NCBI GenBank assembly: GCA_013265495.1
Contig: MU060092.1
Coordinates: 2,046,001-2,110,000, forward strand
DNA length: 64,000 bases
Origin: Vicugna vicugna
Lineage: Eukaryota
Direction of reading: 5' to 3'
The position numbers and the translations under genes were made by a program. Of this stretch, positions 48,527-61,068 are shown one piece after another. The notes beneath the pieces were generated by a model. It ran no database searches and was not told the origin of the DNA. It saw only the letters and a program-made list of their open reading frames with translations. Every line of letters begins with the position of its first letter. Within the stretch, counting starts at the first letter, position 1.

Positions 48527-49693
48527 CTATGAGCAAAGAACAAACACAAGTGGGAAACCTGAGCAACGTTTTAATCTAAAGAGGAACACAATCTAAAGCT
48601 CATTTGTCAGTGACGGTTAAAGCTAAAGAACTAAAATCCTCTACATGAGACACAGTCATGTGTCTTAGTCTAGTACCTTAACATTAAATATGACCGAAGA
48701 CTACCTAAGAAAATAAAAATAAAATCATCTTTAGAAAGCACTGTCCTCCAAAATTAAATGGCAACAAGTTAAGACATTTCATGAACATGAACATGTTCCC
48801 AATTCCTAGAGAATAGTCAACTAACTTAATAAAGACACTAAACCTATTTAAATGGAAGTGTTAAATTTGCACATTCACTTCAGAAATGCAGGTGTCATTT
48901 CAGAAACCCTTAGAAGAATTTCCAAAGGCACTCTGGAGAGTTTTCTCAGCTTACCTATTTCAACAAAGCATTTTAAACCAAATTAAAATGTTATTTTACT
49001 ATCCCCTCTCTGGAAGTATGTCTATGCTCTCTTCAGAGGGTTTTACATTGCATCTACCATATTTACATCAAGATACCTATATTCAGTGATCATTATGGAG
49101 TTAAATTACCAAAAGGAATTATATATCTAAAAAACTTAAAAATCACTTGTTCCCTCAAAAGCAAAGTAATTGGTAAAAACAAGTATAAGCATTTCCCTAA
49201 ACTATTTAAAGGAAAGGCAAGAAAATACTTAAAACATATTTAGTAAGCACTCTGAGACACAGGCAGATCACAAACCTATCATCATTCAAACCATCAGCAC
49301 AGAATATAAAAGACCTGCCCAACCCCTTCCCCACCACAGATCAGCTCTGACTACTCCTGTTCCCTCACTGGTCACTCAAATTGGCCAACTTCCTATCCCC
49401 CAACAAAGTGTCCCTGACTTTTGACATCTCTGTGCTAACTCCTGGTACCTGGAATGCCTATACCCCCTCCGCCTGATGAGATATAAAATTCATTCTTCAA
49501 AGTTCCCATGAAATATTACCACCTTCATTAAGCTTTCTCCCACTTGTAACAAAGCTCTCGGGGCAAAAGGCAGTAAAGCTAAGAAATTCAAGACAAAGAA
49601 TAATTTGGTCCAACCGCAAACACCTTAACTTCCCAAACTATATTTCCACATCTATACTGGTCAGTTAGCTGTCATTTCTTTTGTGCTTCATAC

Positions 49694-49828
49694 CTNNNNN
49701 NNNNNNNNNNNNNNNNNNNNNNNNNNNNNNNNNNNNNNNNNNNNNNNNNNNNNNNNNNNNNNNNNNNNNNNNNNNNNNNNNNNNNNNNNNNNNNNNNNNN
49801 NNNNNNNNNNNNNNNNNNNNNNNNNNNN
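49694..49828 (-). CDS. PDCD6IP: ALIX exon 14, inferred; almost entirely inside N gap 49696-49859
   Basis: Only the last 2 exon bases and the donor are visible (..AG|gtatga, GT at 49693-49692). The recalled human exon is 135 nt (VSHQEF...KEGTK) and fits the 164-N gap. The start coordinate is an inference. Confidence 0.8.
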
Positions 49829-50175
49829 NNNNNNNNNNNNNNNNNNNNNNNNNNNNNNNTTATTTAGCACATTAATAAAGCTCATAACATTTGCACTGAT
49901 ACTTTCCTAAATGAAAACATATATGATAACATGCAGGAATTACTGTGTTTACCTAATAGATTATTTTTGGAGTAAAACAGTACTTCAAATCTTTCCTTAA
50001 GTAAAAACATCAAAAATTCAGTGGGTATCAAAATACAACCAATAATGTTTACCAATTTCTATTACTACGTAACACTCGGAATAAACACAACCCTACATGG
50101 ACACAGACTTAGTCCAGGCTTATCCCTTCTGTGCTTCTTTAAATTACAAACCTTACTGAAGTACATAAACTTTAC

Positions 50176-50424
50176 CTGAATATTTTTAAGGAGCCCTTCC
50201 TGTTTCTTTAGAGACTCTTGGACTTTAGTGGTAAGACCTCCATAGATTCGATCCAGTTCAGTTACAGAAATAGCTTCTTCATTTATCACACCATCTTGAG
50301 CCAGAGCAGTCAAAAATTTGCTTGTCATGTCAAAATTCACTGATTTCAGGTCATTCTCCAGCCCCTCTCTTTCCTTCTTTACTTCATCAAGATTTGTCAA
50401 TAAGGATTTTAAGACATTTACAAC
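50176..50424 (-). CDS. PDCD6IP: ALIX exon 13 (249 nt): VVNVLKSLLTNLDEVKKEREGLENDLKSVNFDMTSKFLTALAQDGVINEEAISVTELDRIYGGLTTKVQESLKKQEGLLKNIQ
   Basis: Overlaps ORF 50065-50400. Acceptor ttttgtttag|GTT, donor CAG|gtaaag; 83 codons. Confidence 0.98.
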
Positions 50425-50639
50425 CTAAACAAAACAAAATTTTTTTTAGTTTAATTGCCAAAAAGCCCAGAAGCCAATTTCAAGAAGAGACGTATATACA
50501 AAGGTTCATCCAAGGTCAGGGAGAGATGACTTCTCCAAGAGCCAAGTATAAACCACACATCATGTTTATTTAGATACAGACATTGTACCTTTAGTGGATT
50601 CAGATCATAGCAGCAGGAGCAAAAACTGTAACAGTAGCA

Positions 50640-50880
50640 AGGGCTATGATTTATTGAACATTTACTATGTGCCAGGTACTGTCCCAAACACTTAACAAAT
50701 ATAATTTAATGTATTCCTTACAATATCTCACAGGATATATGTATTTATTACCTCTCCACAGATGGAGAAACTGAGTGTCAGAAAAACTAAGTAACATGCC
50801 AGAGGTTACACAGCTACTAAAGGAGCAGAGATGAAATTTGAGACTTAAGTCCACCCAACTCCAAAACTGCTCTTACCACT
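50640..50880 (-). mobile_element. MIR SINE
   Basis: tttattgaacatttactatgtgccaggtactg...cacagatggagaaactgagtgtcaga..aagtaacatgccagaggttacacagcta. Confidence 0.8.
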
Positions 50881-50977
50881 CACTCGACACTATACTGCGT
50901 CTCTCGTGACTTTGAAGAGGGGAAGGTATGTTTCTGTCAAGTAAGTAGACACCCTATTTTGCCAACATAGCAAGACT

Positions 50978-51051
50978 GAGAGAGAGAGAAAGAGACAGGG
51001 GCAGGAGAGGGAGGAGAGGGAGGGAAGGAGAGGGAGAGATGAGAGAGAGAT

Positions 51052-51084
<33 letters not shown>

Positions 51085-51130
51085 CGAGCGAGCACCCTAG
51101 ACAAAGAAAGAAAGATAGACAGAGAGATAC
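50978..51130. repeat. GA-rich polypurine, low-complexity tract
   Basis: (GA)n, (GAGG)n and (GAGACA)n mixture, read directly. Confidence 0.9.
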
Positions 51131-52299
51131 AAATAGCTATAAACTACGTGTTTATTTTATATACTGGGAGAGAAAGAGGGAGAGAGGATTCTGTATCTTT
51201 CCTGACATTATGAGTTTTGCCTCTTATTGAGTCCAGGCAGCCTCGGACTAACCCTCACATGATTCATAAACATCCCTTTCTGGTAACAGTGTTACAGTGT
51301 CCAAGTGCCCTTGAAGGCCACTTAGGAGCTGCCCCCTTTCACTCACATCTCGTCACACTTTTGCTCAGATAGCCAGGGAGAACATCACCCCCTAACCCTC
51401 TATTCTGCTTGCCAGTGATGTTCACAGAAAGAAAGTGGGGAAAAACAAAGGAAAAAGGGGTCAACCCTGAACCCCATCTACACCCATCTTTATTCTTACC
51501 AGTAGCACTTCCAACTCCAAAGGATCTCCTTACCTACTGCCTGTTTCTAAGGAGTTCTGTCTTGTCTTCAGCCCACAACCCTCCTTAGCTCCTAGACAAG
51601 AGCATCCAGAGTGACCTTCCTATGTGAAGACCAAAGACCTGAGGGAAAGTCTCAAGCTTCTTGTAAATTTTGGCCTCTGTTACCACCATATCTCCTAAGT
51701 GTCCTATCTTAAATTCAGAGTCTCTTATCACGCAGAGCAGTGAAAAGAAACGTGACTCCTAGAGGTCCAAGAAGCATCAAACCACAGACAATCTAAAAGG
51801 AATGAAGAGGAGAAAGAATCATACCTGGATGGACAAGGCAAAGTCTGTTAAAGTAAAATCTGATTTTAAGAAAGTGGATAAAGGTCCTGCTTCCAAATGA
51901 CTTTCAGGCTATATTGTTAAATGAAAAAAAGGTGCAAAAGCATATACGTAGTATGTTGCATTTTGAGTAAGAGAGAAGGAAAATCAGAATATAAAGATAC
52001 ACACACACAATATATTATGTGCATCTATGTACATATGTATTTTTTGCAAAAAGAAAAGCACTAAGGACAAACCAGAAATTAATGAATATTGTTAGTTAAA
52101 GAGAACAGATGGGAATAAGGTAGGAAAAATAGGAATGAGATTTCTGCGCATGTACCTTTTGAATCATAAACTTTTTACATATCCAAAACACAAATTAAAT
52201 CAAAACTTAAATATAGTTAACATATGAACCTAGTTGTCCAGCAAAGTGAAATACGAATACATGAAAAAAAAAAACGTGAACTGTGACAATATTCCCTTA

Positions 52300-52485
52300 G
52301 TGAATATAATGGGCTTAGTTATTGGGTAACCTGGGGCAATTTACCTGGAAAGCTCTATTTTCTCATCTGAAAAACAATAATAATAATAGTACCTGTATCT
52401 CAGGACGGTTGTAAAGACTGAAATAATCCATAGAAGTGCTCTGTGTAATTTCTAACACAAGCTAAGTGTTCAGTCAACAGCACTC
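52300..52485 (+). mobile_element. MIR SINE
   Basis: ggtaacctggggcaatttacct..ttttctcatctgaaaaacaataataataatagtacctgtatctcaggacggttgtaaagactgaaataat. Confidence 0.78.
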
Positions 52486-53775
52486 ATTATCACTGACTGG
52501 TAGCTGGGTTTCACGATGTAACTCTATACTTTGTGTGCACTGTGGACTCATGAGACTTAGGCATCTAAGCATTCAGACAGGAACAGAAGAACAATGAGGA
52601 ATAGATTAAGAACTAAAGTATCCTTTATTTAGCTGAATTGTAACTATTTCTGTAATTATGTGACACATTTTGTATTGGGGGGATGTAACAGCATATAAAT
52701 TTGAAAAGGTGGTGACAGTTTTATCTGTTGGCATATTTAAAGTGATAATGGAACCTCAACCATGACTACAAACCTATGTGAAGGTTGCTTGGCTATTAAG
52801 AGTAAAAAATGTCATTTTTCCCTCTATGTAAGTTGTATCTAACAAAAGCTAGAAATTCTTAAAAAAAAAGGGGGGGCGGTAAAATAAAGTGGGGGAGAAA
52901 TAGGGATATGCAGAAGTGATTTTTAAAAATAGCCTAGTAAATAAAGCTGAAAGTCAGGAACACTGTTAACACTATTATCTTGAAATACACTGAATGTCTC
53001 TTACATAGCATAGGAACTAAGATCCTCTCATCAAATGGGCCAAAATTGTGTGATAATATCCCCAAGTTAGCCACTAAAGAATTTAAGACAAACACGATTC
53101 ACATGGATACAGCATCCTCTTCAGTGAAAAAGTATCCATCCACAGGGCAGCACAGTAGTGTGGGAAGAGAATTTCCCCAGAATTTTAAGAACCACAAGCT
53201 CTAATATCAGCTCCATTATGAAGAAGAGCTAAACTTCCTAACTTTTATGGTGGTCAATTTTCTAATCAGAGGATAAAGAAGGACCTAACAGCTATTTAAC
53301 AAATCCTAATCTATTCCAAAATGCTATAATTCTAGGTCTGTGGGAAAAATGCCATTTGAAACAACCAATTTACAAATGAACTTTCAGGCTACCACACAAA
53401 ATTAGAAGAGATTTCTTGTATGAAAAACATCCTCTTTTTTTTTTTGTCATACACTAGTTTAACTATATTTTAAATTGTATGATACTGCCCTCATCTCAAA
53501 AAGGGTGAAATTAAACTGTTTCCACAAATGAACGACCAGGATACTAAGGAAAAAACCACTGCCTAAATATTCCTATAAACTCAAGTTTGAAACTTAACAT
53601 GTTATCAAGTTTAAGTACATAAATNNNNNNNNNNNNNNNNNNNNNNNNNNNNNNNNNNNNNNNNNNNNNNNNNNNNNNNNNNNNNNNNNNNNNNNNNNNN
53701 NNNNNNNNNNNNNNNNNNNNNNNNNNNNNNNNNNNNNNNNNNNNNNNNNNNNNNNNNNNNNNNNNNNNNNNNNNN

Positions 53776-54285
53776 GGAAACTTGCCATTTGTGAAAACAT
53801 GGGTGGACCTTGATGGTACTATGCTAAGTGAAATAAGTCAGACAAAGAAAGACAAATACATATAATTTCATGTATACGTGGAATCTTAAAAAAAAAACCA
53901 AAAACAAGATGGTAGTTACAAAGAATAGACTGGTGGTTGCCAGAGGCAAGGGAGGGGAAGCCTATGAAATGGGTGAAGAAGTAAAAAAGTACAAACTTCC
54001 AGTTATAAAAGCAGTCAGTCATGGGGATGTACTGTACAGCTCCACAATTGTAATTAGTAACACTGCATGGCATATTTGAAGGTTGCTAAGGGAGTAAATC
54101 TCAAAAGTTCTCATCACAAGGGAAAAAAAAATTCTGCACAATTTATGGTGACCCATGTTGACTAGACTTACTGTGGTGATCATTTTGCAATATATATACA
54201 TATCAAACCATTTCATTATGATGTACACCTAAAACTATATAATCTTGTATGTCAATTATACCTTGATTAAAAAATAAGAAAATAA
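53776..54285 (+). mobile_element. L1MA-type 3' end in intron 12; 5' part lies in an N gap
   Basis: gccatttgtgaaaacatgggtggaccttga...gtacaaacttccagttataa...gttgctaagggagtaaatctcaaaagttctcatcacaag...tgtcaattatacc. Confidence 0.88.
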
Positions 54286-54399
54286 TAAGAGTCTTGTAGT
54301 ATTTACTTCTATGTTTTATAAACAGCTCCAATTAGCTTTCAACTGCAGTTAATGATATCCCTTTATTAAGTTAGGTTGCAAGTGGTTATTATTCTATGG

Positions 54400-54790
54400 A
54401 CAAATATTTTTTGAATGTTGAGTATCGGGTGCTGTACTAGGTTCTACAATACAACTATTAACAAAAACAGAGTCCTTTCCTTTATTTGGGGAGCAGAGGA
54501 GAGGAGGGGAGGATTAAACAAATACAAGAAAATAGAGTAATATACAGTAATACTGAGACAATGACAGAGAGGGGGAAAGGGTGGCGTGGGAGGCTGTAGT
54601 GAAAAAGAGGTAGTAACGATGCAAAGGGAAGAAAGACCCCCAACAGAAAGAAAAGCAAAAGTCCTGGGGCAGAACAAGCTGAGCAAGTTCAATGGAAGAA
54701 ACAAAGCCAGTCTAACTGAAGCATGGTAAACAAAAGATAGAACAGAGGGAGAAAAGGGCAAACAAGGCATGAGATCACCTAGGCTGCCTG
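54400..54790 (-). mobile_element. L2 relic
   Basis: caaatattttttgaatgttgagtatcgggtgctgtactaggttct...aaaacagagtcc...gcaaaagtcctggggcagaa. Confidence 0.65.
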
Positions 54791-54806
54791 TACTTCATCT
54801 TTCAGA

Positions 54807-55123
54807 CCAGGGGCCTGTATAGGACCAGACAGAAATCTGGCTTCGTGAGCCATAGTCTCTGTTGAAACTACTCCACTCTGCCTTTGTAGGATGAAAGCAG
54901 CCGCAGACAAAATGTACATGAATGAGTGCGGCTGGGTCCCAACAAAAACTCATTTATGAACACAGATCTGAACTTCATATGAAGTGCACATGTCACTTTA
55001 AACATTATTAAACATTATTCTTTTGACTTTTTAAAAAAGTATTAAAAGCATCCTTGGCTCACAGGCCACACAAAACAGAAGGCAGGCTGGATCTGGATCA
55101 CAGGCCACAGTTTGCCAACCTCC
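54807..55123 (-). mobile_element. MER58B (hAT-Charlie)
   Basis: tctctgttgaaactactccactctgcc...ggctgggtcccaacaaaaact...cacaggccacagtttgccaacctc. Confidence 0.85.
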
Positions 55124-56399
55124 GTTTCAAATGATAAAACTCTGCAGCATCTGACAGCACCAAATACACAGTGGCATGTGAGAAATGCTTTCAGTGAAAT
55201 TTTCAGCTTTATTTTTCAGACCTTATCGTTTCATGTTCAGAATAGGCAGACACGAGAGTATCTCCACAGCCAAGAGAACAGCGGGGATGTGACTGCGTAC
55301 CCTACACTGAGGCTAACCTAGACAGGAGCTTTCCAGCTCTGCACGTTAGGGGCCAGGTGCCACAGCTCCTGGCACACAAGAGGACTTCCACAATTGTTTG
55401 CTGAACAAAGCAATGAACAGGTGCCAGCCAGCCTCAGCACTTGTCCAGAAACTTTCTGTTACAAAAGACTAAGGGTAAAAGCTGTGTTTACAAATCATCT
55501 ACTAGTCTATAAGGTGCCGTTGTGTAAACAAAGCAGCCTTGGAGAGCACAAAGCTATGGACCATGCCACTTCACGCACTACCTCGGAGGAGATGAAGGTT
55601 TTCTCAACTGTGCCCCTCCTCACCCCAGGCACATTCAACACTGTGAGTGCCAGTGGGTATTATCTCAGCTAGCTTGGCCGGACAAGTGTAGACTAGATTT
55701 TCCAAATCCCAGTGAATCACAGGAGCACAATCCCAAGCCAGGGTCCTACGTTCTTTAAGAAGAATCTTTAAATACCAATTACCAACAGCCTGCAAAATTT
55801 TTCAGAGTATCTCAGTATCTAAAACCAGATGCCCAAATAGAAGAAAGATAAATAACTAGATAGTTAGTCCCTTCATAATAAAAAACAGCCCTACCTACTA
55901 TGCTTGGACCTCTTAATAAAACATGTACTTTGTACCATTTTAATAATTAGCAATTCAAATAACTGAGGTTTTCTCATTAAAAAGTCTGGCTAATGTGTCA
56001 TCAACTACAATGACAACTACCTGAAACAGCTTTGATAAACACAAACAGCTTTTTCGGTAAAGGCACATAATAAATGAACACATAGAATACTGAAAAAATT
56101 TTGGCTGCCTCTACGCAGAAAATCTAATTTCAGTAAAATAACTTCATATTGAAGTTTTCTTCCCTTCTGTAATACCACTATGGAGTAACAAAATAGCTAT
56201 TACTATAGCTGAATAAAATAACAAATCAGCACATGCTAATTCTGATTTTGCTCAGCAAAAACAACTTTCTGCTTTTCTACAGGAAGCAGAAGAATCAAAG
56301 GACAAAAGCTGTATCAGCTCTGAGTCACATACATGACACTAAAAAGAAAGAGGATACTAAACATAGATTTTTTTTTTCTAAAATAAAAACAGGCCAGAG

Positions 56400-57500
56400 T
56401 TTGTTGCTGTTCTGTGGATGTGCAGAATCTTTTCTTCACAAATTACTCCTCTAACCACTCTCTTTTTCCCTCCTACTTCCTCAGAGCATCTGACTGGTAT
56501 TCGCTGTTTCCTCAGGTCCCCCCCCTTTAGATTCAGGTTCTGTGCACGTTCGATTAGCCCTCTTCTCTTCACTCTGGGGGCTGGTTCCCACTGAACCTGC
56601 AGCAGCCACTCTGGACACACCCACTCACTCAGGCTTCTCAGATCCTACACGTGTTTCTGCCTGTCTACTGTTCTCACAATGTGCCGATTTCTCAAAAAGC
56701 CTCCTAAGAGAGGAGCTTCAAATGCTGGAAAAGTACTTTGTCACCTAAATGCTCACAGTCAACGTTCTATAGTTATGACACTTTTTAATTTCTACCCTGG
56801 GTTGCAGTCATCCTTGTATATGTCTAATCTTCCACATGGATCATAAACTGAGGGTAAAGGCAGTGTGTATCATGTGTGAATTTTCCGAAGTGCCTAGCAC
56901 ACTGCCTTACAGAGTAGAACTCCATTAAGCCTTAGCTGAATAAATACATGAACGCTTCTGTGGAAAGACAAATAAGGAACAACAATGATAACTTCTGATA
57001 ACTGTGGTCTCAGAAAATTCACCTTTTTCAAGAAGTTTCAGCACTATTTCTTGCCCTCTGGCTGACTTTCCTGTGTGCTTCAGGGCCTCTGTCTTTCCCC
57101 CTACATGGCCTCACAATGCTCAGCCACTAGATCATACATGCACGTTCTCCTCTGTCAGGACTTTGTGAGTCACATGCCCCACTACTGATTTCCTCCTTCC
57201 TGTCACCAGTAGAAACGCCATGATGGTGTTATCCATTTATTAACATGCACACCTTGACAACCTTCCCTTGACAGGTAGTCCCAGTGGCACACGGTGGAAG
57301 GCAGTATAGACTGACGTAAGGAACACTCTGTGGTCAGAAGAGTATCTGGCCAGATCCAGTCCTTCCACTTCAAGGAAGTTCCTATACTTACTTCCAAGCT
57401 TTTCCCTTTTATAAAACTTGTATTAAATACTGTGAACATATGAAGTACCTAGAATACTGTGCCCAGTTCATAGGAGGCATTCAATAAACAAATTATTGTT
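56400..57500 (+). mobile_element. L2 fragments (two 3' ends, at ~56950 and ~57500)
   Basis: gtgcctagcacactgccttacagagtagaactcc..gctgaataaatac; tactgtgcccagttcataggaggcattcaataaac. Confidence 0.65.
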
Positions 57501-57696
57501 AAAGGAGTAATATTATTAGTATAATTACTTATCACCCAGTGTGTATATCATCCTACTTTAAAAACAACCACCTCAATGTACATTAGCATTTTTAAAAAGA
57601 TGCCAATAAAGAAGAAATTGACAATTCATCATATATAATGGCTTGAGCACAGTTTTCATAAGCAGATGACACTCCCATCAAAACGCATCTCCTCAC

Positions 57697-57866
57697 CTCG
57701 CTGCCCTGCATGGTCTTTGCTGGGTTAGCAGAAGGGATGGCAGCGTTCAGCTCGGGCTCGGGCTTACACAGAAGTGCGATGGTGTCCCGGTGAGCCTGGT
57801 AACGTTCTTTCACCTGCCCATCTGCCTGCACTGCTTTGTCCAAAACGGTTCTGAAGTTGCTTCCCT
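57697..57866 (-). CDS. PDCD6IP: ALIX exon 12 (170 nt): (E)GSNFRTVLDKAVQADGQVKERYQAHRDTIALLCKPEPELNAAIPSANPAKTMQGSE
   Basis: Overlaps ORF 57592-57843. Acceptor ccccctccag|AG, donor GAG|gtgagg; phases fit both neighbours. Confidence 0.98.
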
Positions 57867-58242
57867 CTGGAGGGGGTGGGGAGGGAAATGTTACCAGGGC
57901 ACAGCATTGATTTTAACAGCAATGTTTATGGGCTGGTTGTACTTTTATCTCTGTTCTCCAACTTTACTTGTTTCTCTCTTCTATAAGGCCCAATTCACTA
58001 GATAACAGAAACTGAGCCCCTGTCAGTCTCTGCATTTTTGTTTTTGGAAAATGACAAAAATAAATAATAAAGCAAAAGCACAGTTATACCTTAAAATACA
58101 TTTGTGGTTACTGTTCACCAAATAAAAGCTATTTGTTATTAGTCTAATCTTTTCCTACAATTAATGCAGAAAGAAAACATTCACTCCAAAAATTATTACA
58201 ATTTATTTTAGAAGTATTTCTCTCTCAAAAACTCAAATTCCA

Positions 58243-58383
58243 TTATGGTAGCTCACAGCAAAAAACAATGTGACAATGAATATACATATGTTCATGTATA
58301 AGTGAAAAATTGTGCTGTACACTGGAATTTGACACAACACTGTAAAATGACTATAACTCAATAAAAAAGGTTAAAAAAAAAAC
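58243..58383 (+). mobile_element. ~140-nt, 5'-truncated young camelid L1 tail nested in an older L1
   Basis: atatgttcatgtataagtgaaaaattgtgctgtacactggaatttgacacaacactgtaaaatgactataactcaataaaaaa; TSD aaactcaaattcca / aaactcgaattcca. Confidence 0.88.
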
Positions 58384-58397
58384 AAACTCGAATTCCA

Positions 58398-58968
58398 AAA
58401 GATACACACACCCCAATGTTCATAGCAGCACTATTCAACAGTCAAGACATGGAAGCAATCTAAATGTCCATTGACAGATGACTGGGTAAAGAAGTCATGG
58501 TCTATATATACAATGAAATACTACTCAGCCACAAAAAAGAATAAAACAATGCCATTTGCAACAACATGGATGGACCCGAAGACTGTCATACTAAGTGAAG
58601 CCAGAAAGAGAAAGGAAAATACCACACGATATCATTTATATGTGGAATCTAAAAAAATGACACAAATGAAAATTACAAAACAGAAACAGACTCACAGACA
58701 TAGAAAAACAAACTTATGGTTACCAGAGGGGAAAGAAGGTGAGGTCGGAGTAAGTTTGGAGTTTGGGATTTGCAACTACTATACATAAAACAGATAAACA
58801 ACAAGGTCCTACTGTACAGCACAGGGAACTGTTTTCAATACCTTGTAATGGCCTATAATGAAAAACAGTATGAAAAGGAATATATGTATGTATAAATGAA
58901 TCACTATGGTGTACACCAGAAATTAACACAACATTGTACATTGACTATACTTCAACAAAAAAAAAAAT
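58398..58968 (+). mobile_element. Cetartiodactyl-type L1 3' end in intron 11
   Basis: aagatacacacaccccaatgttcatagcagcac...gccatttgcaacaacatgga...attaacacaacattgtacattgactatacttcaacaaaaa. Confidence 0.93.
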
Positions 58969-59547
58969 TCAGGAGTAGAGAAAAAAAAGGTATTCCTCTT
59001 TCAGGATCACTCCTTCAATTTGACTTAAAAGAAAGCAGATGTATTTTTAGAAAAATCTCAATAGTATTAATTACTTCTACAGAGAAATAAAACAAATTTC
59101 TAGTTACCAGGAAGAACATCATTTATTTCAACAAGCACAAAATCTTAACAACCAAAGTCTTAAAAATAATAATTTGGCTTCAGGTTGACTGTTAAAACTC
59201 ATCTTTTACCACCAAGGAGTCACGACTAAGTGAAATGAAATTATAAAACCATACATAAAACACAATCTCATTTATGTTTTTAAAATATGCATCGAGCTTG
59301 GAATAGGAAATGAGAGTTACAGGACCATTTTAACTTTTACTTTATACCCTTCTTAAGAATGTGAACTTCTCATAATGAACATGGATTACCTTTGTTATTT
59401 ATCTTACACTGAACTGAATAAACAAACCTGGATTTTCATAATACCAGTCACAGTAAAAACAGGTTTACAATGGAGCTTAATTTAATCAAGCAAAATTGTG
59501 GCTAGAAATTGAGAACTTAAGTGAAAGTCATTTATGCACATTTTTAC

Positions 59548-59659
59548 CTGCTCTTAAAGGCTTATAGAGGTCATTGGATGGTGTTCTCTGCCAGCGTTCC
59601 TTGAATTTTGCTCTTAAATCATTGTCAGTTGCTTCTTCTTCATCCAACAATCTTAATGA
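59548..59659 (-). CDS. PDCD6IP: ALIX exon 11 (112 nt): SLRLLDEEEATDNDLRAKFKERWQRTPSNDLYKPLRA(E)
   Basis: Translated by hand (absent from the ORF track). Acceptor ccttttaaaaag|TCA, donor GCAG|gtaaaa; phase 0 in, phase 1 out. Confidence 0.97.
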
Positions 59660-60224
59660 CTTTTTAAAAGGAGGCAAAGCAACAATGAGATATCATTTCT
59701 GGTGTAAAAAATTTACAAGTTTTTAAATGTTCATGCTCCATATAGGTAAGAAGTACTGAGATGAGACTACTCCTACATTACTGGATAGAATATAAATTAG
59801 TACAATAATTTTTGTGGCAGAAACCCAAGTTATAATATATTTAACAAAAAAATCCTATAAAACTTAAGGCTAGGTTAGCCATTACCTTACTCAGTAAAAT
59901 TAAGAAAGATAACTGAGAGTTACATGCATCAATATACCAAGACTACTTTAAACAAAGTTTTTTTAGGATTAAAACTAATAAGAAAGCCTTTAGACCTTAG
60001 AAGCCATAAACAAAATAAAGAGAAACCTGATTAATTTATGAAAATAAAAGATTCAGATTTCAATCCCAATACAAAAAACTGAAAGTTAACATATAAAAAA
60101 TGCCTTTTTAATCCACAGCTGAGAAGACAGGATAGCAGGGGGCCAGAAACAAGAAGTGCTAACCGTCCAATGGACACGAGTGCCAGAGTCAATGGTGTCT
60201 GCTAACTCCTGAGCTGAGAGCAGA

Positions 60225-60415
60225 GCTCTGCAAATCTCTGCCAAACACTAGTGTAAATATTTTAGGCTTTGTGGACCAGTCTCTGTCACATATTCTTCCT
60301 TTTCTTTTTTGACAACCCTCTAAAAGTGGTGAAAAATCATCCCACGCTTAACTAGTAAACCATACAAAAACAGGCCACAAATTGGAGGCTCACTGTCCAT
60401 AGTCCACCTACTGCA
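60225..60415 (-). mobile_element. MER58A-like (hAT-Charlie)
   Basis: gtaaatattttaggctttgtggaccagtctctgtcacatattc...accatacaaaaacaggcc. Confidence 0.75.
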
Positions 60416-60839
60416 TATTCTCTACTGGCTGAGAGTGTGAATGCAACAGAACATGAACAGGGAGACAAGAAACACAGGTGGGGCTAACATGAGTAGGAGG
60501 TCAGATCAAAGGCACTATCTTCCCTCAAACTGGGTCATTTCCAAACAGGTGACACTCAGGGGAAGCATTTTTAAAAAAGAAAACTGCCCGACAGAAGGGA
60601 ACTCAGCTGTCTAAACCTTGGCTCTAAATAGAAAAGAAAAGAAGTATCACCTTAAGATTCCTAACCAAAGGCCCGAACTTAGGACTAGAAATCATACTAC
60701 ACTTTATGCGACACAAAGTCCTAAGACAAACTTCTAATTAAAAGATTAACCACACCAAAACAAAAAAACCTCCTAAGCTTAGACTGCCCACAAATGAAGT
60801 TCAGGAAATATGAATTCATTAATTGAAAAAAATCATCAA

Positions 60840-61068
60840 ACATTAAATGCAATGTAGTATTTTGGACTGGATCTTGAAACAGAAGGACAAGATGGAATAA
60901 CTGATAAACTCTGAGTGATACTATTGTACCAATGTTGAATGTCTTAGTTTTAACAAATGTACCATGGCTATGTAAGAGTCTAACTTTTAGGGCAGCTGGG
61001 TAAACTATCTGTACTAAATTTGCTACTTTTCTATAAATTCAAAATTATCCCGAATTAAAAGTTTTAAA
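60840..61068 (+). mobile_element. L1MC-type 3' end
   Basis: aaatgcaatgtagtattttggactggatcttgaaacaga...tactattgtaccaatgttgaat...ctatctgtacta..ttgctacttttctataaattcaaaattat. Confidence 0.78.

Noticed and set aside
50920-51320. Possible LTR16/MLT-type LTR around the GA tract
   Set aside because: Resemblance is too weak to name a family without an alignment.
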